A DNA stretch of 64,000 bases, from the NCBI GenBank assembly GCA_026396015.1, contig JAPLXP010000011.1, forward strand, positions 15,897-79,896, in the 5' to 3' direction. Below, piece after piece: positions 56,694 through 64,000 of the stretch. Under the pieces are notes generated by a model. That model was given only the letters and a program-made list of their open reading frames with translations, had not been told where the DNA came from and did not search any database. The stretch comes from Candidatus Nomurabacteria bacterium (GTDB lineage Bacteria; Patescibacteriota; Minisyncoccia; Phycocordibacterales; UBA9973). Position 1 is the first letter of the stretch. Every line of letters begins with the position of its first letter. The position numbers were made by a program, and so were the translations under genes.

Positions 56694-57380
56694 TTATACC
56701 ACAAGCGCTATATGCTCCAAGAGCATTTTTACCGATGAACCTGGATTGCGCAAGTATTTTTTTGCTTTAATAATCTCCCCTAGAACCCATTCTGTATTCT
56801 TATTATTTGTATCTTTTTTGAATTCCGTGAACAAATTCAGCTCGAGTGAATCTAGAATGGACTTTGCTTCAAATCTGATAGTAGCACTAGTATCTGCATC
56901 CTCTGCGGATTTCAATATCAAAGCTATCATGTCTATACGATCCTTGATGGTTGAGCTTATAAATTTTTTTGCCCAAGAATCATATTTATTGTCTTTATCT
57001 AGATATACGACATGACACCTAGATCGAATAGTCGGCAATACATTTTCTACGTCTGGTACGATTATAAAAAAGTGTGTATTCTCACCAGGCTCTTCGAGTA
57101 TTTTAAGGAGTGATTGTTCTGCTTCTCTGTTTATGAATTTTGCCCCTATGATGCAAGCGCGCTTTTTGCCTTTATATGATGCTAGGCTGTGCCACTCTTT
57201 TATCTTGTGGCCTTCATTCATATCCAGAGCTTCATACAATTCAAACATTATATCTGGATTTTCTGTATCAAAAAGATTGCGAGATATTAAATAATCTTTT
57301 AGCTCTGATGGAGAAGTAACCGGATTGCCCTGTATGATGTAGCTATGATTTAGTTGTACTGGGAATAAATCTTCAAACAT
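56694..57380 (-). CDS. holB: DNA polymerase III delta-prime subunit (compact)
   Basis: EAEQSLLKILEEP, LPTIRSRC; likely leaderless start MFEDL. Confidence 0.8.
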   Translation of the reverse strand: MFEDLFPVQLNHSYIIQGNPVTSPSELKDYLISRNLFDTENPDIMFELYEALDMNEGHKIKEWHSLASYKGKKRACIIGAKFINREAEQSLLKILEEPGENTHFFIIVPDVENVLPTIRSRCHVVYLDKDNKYDSWAKKFISSTIKDRIDMIALILKSAEDADTSATIRFEAKSILDSLELNLFTEFKKDTNNKNTEWVLGEIIKAKKYLRNPGSSVKMLLEHIALVV

Positions 57381-57384
57381 AATA

Positions 57385-58239
57385 CTATTGTACATCACGA
57401 GGGAAAATATCTACTAATTCATTTGAATAATAGAATTCATATGCAATACCACCAAAAGTATACGATCTACCATTGATTACTATCTCTGCACCACCAACTT
57501 CTGGATTTGCTTTTGGTTGTGAATGTGAAAAACCAAGATTAAATAATGTAGATATTACTTCTGGTCTATTATCTATACTGTATCCTGCATTTTTCCATTG
57601 ATTAGATATTTGATTTATGAAAAGACCTGAATATAAGTATGAAAAATAATGATTATGTGAATCAGTTAGTCTATCCATACGTTCTGTATCTGGGTCTGAT
57701 GTTGTAAAATTTAAATCATTTTCATGATCTGCTCCAGCATAGTACACACTATTTTTATCTTTTAGATTTTCTTCTATTTGCATTGCAGTACCAGTCTTGA
57801 TACCAGCTACACCAAAAGAAAATTTTGTTCCATTACCTAGTAATTTTAACGGCTCAAAATATCTTTTAAAAGATTCACGATTTGAACTAAAAAATCTAAA
57901 TTGTTCTGGAATAACAACAGCAGCGATCATACGAGCAGGAACGCCAGATACACGACTCGCTTCGAGTATTGGCTCTTTGTCTTTAATCAATCCGTTCTTG
58001 AGAACATCCCAATCGCTTGTTGTAGTCCAATCATATTGGATATTTGTTGCTTGTGTTGTGCGAGTAATCTCATCACGAACTTTATTAAAATATTCGTTTC
58101 TGCTGTCGATACTTCCTTTTACATCTGTCAGATGAAGCTGCATTGCGATAAATACACCCGTAAAGACGAACCCAATCACAGCAAAGACGCAAAGAAAAAT
58201 AGTAAATATAAATTTAAGTACTTTTAATTTTTTGTTCAT
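57385..58239 (-). CDS. Membrane-anchored protein with lysozyme/transglycosylase-like domain
   Basis: TM helix then ASRVSGVPARMIAAVVIPEQ, SFGVAGIK, TLFNLG resembling SLT motifs I-III. Confidence 0.5.
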   Translation of the reverse strand: MNKKLKVLKFIFTIFLCVFAVIGFVFTGVFIAMQLHLTDVKGSIDSRNEYFNKVRDEITRTTQATNIQYDWTTTSDWDVLKNGLIKDKEPILEASRVSGVPARMIAAVVIPEQFRFFSSNRESFKRYFEPLKLLGNGTKFSFGVAGIKTGTAMQIEENLKDKNSVYYAGADHENDLNFTTSDPDTERMDRLTDSHNHYFSYLYSGLFINQISNQWKNAGYSIDNRPEVISTLFNLGFSHSQPKANPEVGGAEIVINGRSYTFGGIAYEFYYSNELVDIFPRDVQ

Positions 58240-58244
58240 ACCTT

Positions 58245-59258
58245 CTATCTTTTACTTATGATTGATTTTTTATAAGTTTCCAAGTGATTCAATGCTTCAC
58301 CTGTACCGTTGGCGACACAGAATAGTGGCTCGTCTGCTAGGCGGGCTTTGACGCCAGTCTTTCTATAAACAAGATCTGCAAGATTGCGTAGTGATGATGT
58401 ACCTCCAGTCATGATGATACCTTCGTCTATGATATCTGCAGCGAGCTCTGGTGGTGTCTCGGCGAGGACACTCTTGATAGCACCGATCATCATTTTCAAT
58501 TCTTTGTCTATCGCACCCACTATCTCATTTGTAGATATCTGAGCAGTACGAGGTAGACCTTGGATGAAATCACGGCCCTTGATTGTTATCGTCAATTCTT
58601 CTTCTAGTGGAATAGCTGCACCGATTTTGATTTTAATTTGTTCTGAAGTTCGATCTCCGATTGCTAGATTAAAAGTCTTTTTTATGTAGTCTGCTATCGC
58701 TTGGTCTATCTTGTCTCCGGCGCATTTTACAGATGTAGAAGCAACAATACCTCCGAGCGCGATCACAGCCACATCAGTAGTACCTCCGCCGATATCCATG
58801 ATCATATGACCTTTGGATTCCTGAATAGGGATACCTGCACCGATAGCAGCAAGGATTGGCTCCTTTACAACATACGCATTGCGAGCACCAGCACGCACTG
58901 CCGCCTCCACCACTGCACGACGCTCTGTAGATGTGATACCTGCGGGAACAGATACCATCACATCTGGCTTTATTAGATTGTATTTACCGAGAGCCTTGGT
59001 GATGAAATATCGGAGCATTGCCTCGGTCACCCGATAGTCAGCGATGACGCCATCCTTCATAGGGCGATAGACTATAATATTCTCAGGAGTTTTACCTATC
59101 ATGTCTTTTGCCTCGAGACCTATAGCGAGTATTGTATTATCCTGCTCAGATACAGCCACAACTGATGGCTCATTGAGCACTATTCCCTTGCCAGGCAAAT
59201 ATACGAGAGTGTTCGCAGTGCCGAGATCTATTCCAAGTTTTTTGTTGAAGATTGCCAT
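58245..59258 (-). CDS. mreB: Rod shape-determining protein MreB
   Basis: GIDLGTANTLV, EPSVVA, DIGGGTT, TPPELAADI. Confidence 0.96.
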   Translation of the reverse strand: MAIFNKKLGIDLGTANTLVYLPGKGIVLNEPSVVAVSEQDNTILAIGLEAKDMIGKTPENIIVYRPMKDGVIADYRVTEAMLRYFITKALGKYNLIKPDVMVSVPAGITSTERRAVVEAAVRAGARNAYVVKEPILAAIGAGIPIQESKGHMIMDIGGGTTDVAVIALGGIVASTSVKCAGDKIDQAIADYIKKTFNLAIGDRTSEQIKIKIGAAIPLEEELTITIKGRDFIQGLPRTAQISTNEIVGAIDKELKMMIGAIKSVLAETPPELAADIIDEGIIMTGGTSSLRNLADLVYRKTGVKARLADEPLFCVANGTGEALNHLETYKKSIISKR

Positions 59259-59331
59259 TTGTGCCGTGATTATAGCATAAAAAATAAGAAAATACAGGCA
59301 TACAAATTTCAAAATATGCTAGGATATACAT

Positions 59332-61365
59332 ATGTATATATTGACTGTCATTCCGATAGACAAAGGTGTCAAAAAAGAATACCTTACATATTTCTCTGCT
59401 TCACACGTCGCTGTGGGTATGATAGTCTCTGTACCCGTCCGCTCTCGTGCAATAGATGCCCTCGTGATAGGAGTCGAGCCTGCCGAGAATCTCAAACAAG
59501 AACTCAAAGACGCAAAATTCCAACTTAAAAAAATAAACAAAGTAAAAGGTCATGCACCATTCGGAGATGCATTTTTTGAAGCTTGTACTCGACTACGAGA
59601 ATACACACTCGGCAGTACAGGTACGATTATAGACACATTACTACCTAGTGTGTTCATGGATAAATCAATAATCGAGTCCAACAATAAACGAGATGAAAAA
59701 TCAGATGATACAAATATCGACAAGAATGATCCAAAAGAAAAAGTAGAGCCAATAAATACTAAAGAAGTCAAACCCGCCGACATTTCAAGTCTTGGCGAAG
59801 CAAAGCAAGAAAAATTGATCTTTCAAGCTACATACGCAGATCGCATGGGCTGGTACAAGACATTAATACGAGAATCTTTTTCAAAAAAGGAGTCTGTATT
59901 CATATGTGTGCCGACAAGATACGATACAGAAAAATTCAAAAATATACTTTCAAAAGGTATAGAGCATTATGTGTTCACCTTTTCTCATGATCTGAACAAG
60001 AAGACAATGCTATCTAACTATCAAAAGTGTGTAAATGAGGAGCATCCAATATTGATAATAGGTACTGGCATGTTCCTATCACTGCCTCGTCATGATATCA
60101 AGACGATAATCCTCGAGCATGAGAGCTCTGATTCTTACAAGCAATTTGTCAGACCATTTATCGATACTCGTACATTTGTCGAGATATATGCATCCATCAA
60201 AAAAACAAAGTTGATATTTGGAGATACAATCTTGCGACCAGAGACACTATACAGACACGACCGAGGTGAGCTGGGCGAAGTAGCACCGCCACTATTTCGT
60301 TTTACAAATGCTGAAAAGCAAATAATCGTAGACATGAAGGAGGAAACAGACGAGACTGGAAAGAAGAGTTTTTCTGTATTGTCATCAAATGTAAAGCAGA
60401 TGATAGATATGGCACAAGAGCAAAAAGAGTCCATCTTTTTATTCTCTGTCCGCAAGGGCCTCGCTGGCGTCACCGTCTGCAATGATTGTGGTCATACATT
60501 ACTATGCCCAAATTGTACATCGCCTGTAGTTCTCTACGGTCAAAAGCAACGTTCTGCTACAAAAGAAGAAGGCGGTCGTGTATTCATGTGCAATAAATGT
60601 GGCTACAAAGAAAAGACAGAGACAAGATGTCCGATATGTACTAGCTGGAATCTCAATCCTCTGGGTGTCGGCACTGACCGTGTATATGAAGAAGTGCGAA
60701 GATTGTATCCTCACATAAATGTAATACAGATAGACAAAGAGACTACTCAGACAGATTCTGAAGCGAGAAAAGCTATCACAAAATTCTATGATACAAAAGG
60801 TAGTATTCTAATCGGTACAGAGATGGCATTCTACTATCTAAAAGACGATATATATGCGAGCGCCATCATATCTGTGGACGGATTATTCTCAATACCTAGC
60901 TTCAACATGACGCAAAAAATTCTTCACATAATAGAGAAGCTCCAAGCCATCACCAAGACAGGGCTAGTGATCCAATCCAGAATGGCAGACAATAAAATAT
61001 TAAAGAATATCCTATCTGGTAATGTGCTACCACTATATAGAGAAGACCTGGAAGAAAGAAAGATGTTCGGATACCCACCCTACAAGAAATTGGTAAAAAT
61101 AACCTTTGGAGGCACTGCTGTCCAAGGTGAAAAAGCACGTGAATATCTCAATAAAATCCTTGAAAAATATGATCCTCAGATATTCTCTGCCTTTGTCGGC
61201 AAGGTACGTGGTGAATACATCACAAACACTATAATCAAGGTAGATCCATCCCTCTGGCCTGTACCATTGAAGAATGGCCTACAAGCAGACGAGGACCTAT
61301 ACAAGAGACTATCAGCCATATCTAGCACTTTTACCCTAAATATTGACCCAGAAGACTTGCTGTAA
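59332..61365 (+). CDS. priA: Primosomal protein PriA with degenerate helicase motifs
   Basis: LTY..VGMIVSVP, four CxxC pairs, LGVGT, ILIGTE, ERKMFGYPPY. Confidence 0.85.
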   Translation: MYILTVIPIDKGVKKEYLTYFSASHVAVGMIVSVPVRSRAIDALVIGVEPAENLKQELKDAKFQLKKINKVKGHAPFGDAFFEACTRLREYTLGSTGTIIDTLLPSVFMDKSIIESNNKRDEKSDDTNIDKNDPKEKVEPINTKEVKPADISSLGEAKQEKLIFQATYADRMGWYKTLIRESFSKKESVFICVPTRYDTEKFKNILSKGIEHYVFTFSHDLNKKTMLSNYQKCVNEEHPILIIGTGMFLSLPRHDIKTIILEHESSDSYKQFVRPFIDTRTFVEIYASIKKTKLIFGDTILRPETLYRHDRGELGEVAPPLFRFTNAEKQIIVDMKEETDETGKKSFSVLSSNVKQMIDMAQEQKESIFLFSVRKGLAGVTVCNDCGHTLLCPNCTSPVVLYGQKQRSATKEEGGRVFMCNKCGYKEKTETRCPICTSWNLNPLGVGTDRVYEEVRRLYPHINVIQIDKETTQTDSEARKAITKFYDTKGSILIGTEMAFYYLKDDIYASAIISVDGLFSIPSFNMTQKILHIIEKLQAITKTGLVIQSRMADNKILKNILSGNVLPLYREDLEERKMFGYPPYKKLVKITFGGTAVQGEKAREYLNKILEKYDPQIFSAFVGKVRGEYITNTIIKVDPSLWPVPLKNGLQADEDLYKRLSAISSTFTLNIDPEDLL

Positions 61366-61393
61366 TTAAAAATATGTGATATCTTACATTAAT

Positions 61394-61642
61394 ATGATTA
61401 CAGTTGTAGAAGTAAAGAAAAATGCAAATGAGAGTGGTACAAACCTCATTCGTCGCTTCACTCGAAAGGTGCAAGAGACTGGCATAATACAAAAAGTTAA
61501 AGGCAATCGCTACAGCGAGCGCCCTGCTTCAAAGCTTACAGTTAAAAAAGCTACTTTAAAGCGTCTAGCACGCCGTAAGGAACATGAAAAGCTCCTAAAG
61601 CTCGGTAAAGCAGTCAAGATTGTACGTGGACGTCGTCGTTAA
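61394..61642 (+). CDS. rpsU: 30S ribosomal protein S21-like
   Basis: VKKNANES..LIRRFTRKVQETGI..RYSERP; very basic. Confidence 0.75.
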   Translation: MITVVEVKKNANESGTNLIRRFTRKVQETGIIQKVKGNRYSERPASKLTVKKATLKRLARRKEHEKLLKLGKAVKIVRGRRR

Positions 61643-61647
61643 TTTTT

Positions 61648-62031
61648 ATGATAAAAGGTTCGTTTGATATTAGCAATAAAACAAAAGGCAAGCTTCCACG
61701 CTTGCCTTTTGTCGTAATGAAAAACAAAATTCTAGGAGAGGACTATGAACTCTCTGTCGTTTGCGTATCCAAAAAAGAATCTCAAAGACTAAACAAGCAA
61801 TGGAGAGACAAAGACTATCCTACAAATATCCTCTCATTCCCCCTCACAGAAAGTTCTGGTGAGATCGTTTTGCAATTGGATATTGTAAAGAGAGATGCTC
61901 CGAATTTTGACATGAATTACACTAACTTTTTGAAATTTTTAGTTATCCACGGTTGTCTACATTTGAAAGGTTTCGAACATGGTAGTACAATGGAGAAAGA
62001 AGAAAAAAAATATTTAAAAATATTTTTATAA
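61648..62031 (+). CDS. ybeY: rRNA maturation endoribonuclease YbeY
   Basis: LNKQWRDKDYPTNILSF, IHGCLHLKGFEH. Confidence 0.93.
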   Translation: MIKGSFDISNKTKGKLPRLPFVVMKNKILGEDYELSVVCVSKKESQRLNKQWRDKDYPTNILSFPLTESSGEIVLQLDIVKRDAPNFDMNYTNFLKFLVIHGCLHLKGFEHGSTMEKEEKKYLKIFL

Positions 62032-62046
62032 TCCTTCTTTTATTTC

Positions 62047-63219
62047 ATGGCAAAAAGAATATCTGTAGGTATCGACATCGGTACACATACAACACGCGTA
62101 ATAGTCCTCGAACACAAAAATGGTGAATCATCACCATCTATTTTAGGTACAGGTAGTGCACATACAGATGGAGTCAGACTCGGTTACATCACAAATATCA
62201 AACACGCTGCGGACAGTATTCGACGTGCAGTACAAAATGCAGAAAAGAATTGCGGCGAAGTAAAAATCAAAAAAGCCTATATATCTATGGGTGGTATCAG
62301 TCTACTATCTGTCACATCTATCGGTAGTGCCATAATAGGAAAAGCAGACGGAGAGATTACTCACCTAGATGTAAATAAAGCATTTGCAAATAGTGAAGAG
62401 AATTTAGAACTTCCAAATCGAAAGATTATTCAAAGTATGCCGATCCAATACAAACTAGACGGTAAAGAAATATACGGTAGACCAGAGGGTATGCGAGGTA
62501 TCAAACTAGAAGTTAAATCTCTGTATGTGACATGCTTGAAGCAAAATATTGAAGACCTCATCACAGCATGTGCCGAGGCAAATATTGAAGTTCTAGATGT
62601 AATACCATCACCAATAGCTACAGCAAATGCGATACTGAATGACAAACAAAAGAATGCAGGTAGTGCACTAGTTGATATCGGTGCCGAGACATTGTCTGTG
62701 GCAGTATTTGAAAACAACACACCGATATCTGTAGTCGTATTCCCGATCGGAGGTATGGACATCACAAAAGACGTCGCTCTATATTTCAGAATAGATATGG
62801 ACGAGGCAGAGAGTGTAAAGGTAGGTAGTCTTATAGGCAATTTTCCAAAGAAAAAACTCGACGATATAGTAGAAGCCAGAATGACAGATATCTTTGAGCT
62901 CGTAGAAAATCATTTAAAGAAGATAAAGAAAAATGGATTATTACCAGCAGGAATCATAATTGCAGGAGGAGGGTCATATATACCTAGGATAGACGAAGTA
63001 GCAAAGAGAGACTTGAGATTGCCAGCAAGAATCGGTCCAATTGATGGGAGTATAGATTCCAAATTCAAGATAAAAGATTCATCTTGGTATACAGCATTGG
63101 GACTAGCTCTATCTACTAAAAATCACAATCAATATCCAGAGGAAAATAATGTACTAAAGGGAAATTTCAAGCAATTAAAAGAAGGCTTTAAATCATTTTT
63201 AAATCAACTTTTACCATAG
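62047..63219 (+). CDS. ftsA: Cell division protein FtsA
   Basis: GIDIGT, VDIGAET, GGMDITKD, AGGGS; upstream of ftsZ. Confidence 0.94.
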   Translation: MAKRISVGIDIGTHTTRVIVLEHKNGESSPSILGTGSAHTDGVRLGYITNIKHAADSIRRAVQNAEKNCGEVKIKKAYISMGGISLLSVTSIGSAIIGKADGEITHLDVNKAFANSEENLELPNRKIIQSMPIQYKLDGKEIYGRPEGMRGIKLEVKSLYVTCLKQNIEDLITACAEANIEVLDVIPSPIATANAILNDKQKNAGSALVDIGAETLSVAVFENNTPISVVVFPIGGMDITKDVALYFRIDMDEAESVKVGSLIGNFPKKKLDDIVEARMTDIFELVENHLKKIKKNGLLPAGIIIAGGGSYIPRIDEVAKRDLRLPARIGPIDGSIDSKFKIKDSSWYTALGLALSTKNHNQYPEENNVLKGNFKQLKEGFKSFLNQLLP

Positions 63220-63248
63220 AAAAGCAAACTGTCAAAAGTTTGCTTTTT
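63220..63248 (+). terminator. Terminator between ftsA and ftsZ
   Basis: AAAAGCAAACT...AGTTTGCTTTTT. Confidence 0.7.
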
Positions 63249-63345
63249 ACGTGATCCCTGATACTATAGTAGGTATTCGTATGTAACCCGGAGTCCAGGG
63301 CCGCATTACAGAAATTCATATTATAAATATTAATTTATATTCAAA

Positions 63346-64000
63346 ATGCCTAAAATAAATCCAGACATAGAATCATTCGCACGAATCAAGGTTATCGGAG
63401 TTGGTGGTTCAGGAAAAAATGCACTCAATCACATGATAAATTCAAAAGTGAAAGGTGTAGAGTTCATCGTGATGAACACTGATACTCAAGATCTTCACAA
63501 CTCTCTTGCTGAAAAGAAAGTTCACCTTGGAAAAAATCTTACAAAAGGTCTTGGTGCTGGTATGAACCCAGAAGTGGGTCGCCGTGCAGCAGAAGAGACA
63601 AAAGCTGAAATTCAAGATGTGATCAAAGGTGCAGACATGGTATTCATCGCTTGCGGTATGGGAGGTGGTACTGGTACAGGTGCCGCTCCAATCGTAGCTC
63701 AAGCTGCAAAAGAACAAGGAATACTAACTGTAGCCGTAGTCACAAAACCATTCTCCTTCGAGGGAAACCAAAGAATGAAATTAGCTGACATGGGTCTAGC
63801 TGAACTAGAAAGAGAGGTGGATGCAATCCTAGTTATCCCAAATGACCGATTGCTCGTTATATCAGGCAAGGACGTAGGATTCAGACAAGCATTTGCAATG
63901 TGTGATGAAGTGCTAAAACAAGCAGTAGAAGGCATCTCAGAGCTCATTACGACCCCTGGTACGATCAACGTAGACTTTGCTGATATCAAGGCTGTCATGT
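63346..64000 (+). CDS. ftsZ: Cell division protein FtsZ (3'-truncated by window)
   Basis: My translation: MPKINPDIESFARIKVIGVGGSGKNA..GLGAG..GMGGGTGTGAAP..INVDFADIK. Confidence 0.97.
   Translation, partial: MPKINPDIESFARIKVIGVGGSGKNALNHMINSKVKGVEFIVMNTDTQDLHNSLAEKKVHLGKNLTKGLGAGMNPEVGRRAAEETKAEIQDVIKGADMVFIACGMGGGTGTGAAPIVAQAAKEQGILTVAVVTKPFSFEGNQRMKLADMGLAELEREVDAILVIPNDRLLVISGKDVGFRQAFAMCDEVLKQAVEGISELITTPGTINVDFADIKAVM

Noticed and set aside
1-64000. Alternative genetic code (TGA or TAG reassigned)
   Set aside because: Genes are full length under code 11, with TGA (11008, 14616) and TAG used as stops at sensible boundaries.

Overview
This 64 kb window looks like a chromosome segment from a Patescibacteria/CPR bacterium, probably Parcubacteria-like. 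That assignment is inferred from A/T-rich starts without Shine-Dalgarno motifs, a short AlaRS, a PaaX/Cas2-like gene and other CPR-type hypotheticals; the genetic code is 11. Bases 1 to ~27.2 kb are the right part of an HK97-type siphovirus prophage, all on the + strand. It carries a portal-MuF fusion, protease, capsid, neck and tail genes with a -1 frameshift chaperone, a short tape measure, a Gly-rich fibre, an amidase and holin candidates. Next comes a defence cassette: Fic, type III R-M Mod and Res, a PHP/ABC-ATPase of Ppl/TrlF type, a PD-(D/E)XK nuclease and a 51-aa very acidic protein. The prophage ends in a recombination module: a ~210-nt structured, possibly pseudoknotted leader RNA, a Xer-like tyrosine recombinase, a small HTH protein with repeated AATGTGGGAGT sites, and a dif-like 11-6-11 palindrome where gene orientation flips. 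The remaining ~37 kb is host housekeeping DNA, mostly on the - strand (dnaJ, dnaK, grpE, alpha operon, alaS, mnmA, typA, rseP, frr, holB, mreB, then priA, ybeY, ftsA, ftsZ on +). It contains AT-rich ORFans, GC-rich palindromic repeats inserted in-frame into proteins, and heptamer-repeat hairpins. All calls come from reading the sequence by eye; no searches or folding programs were run.
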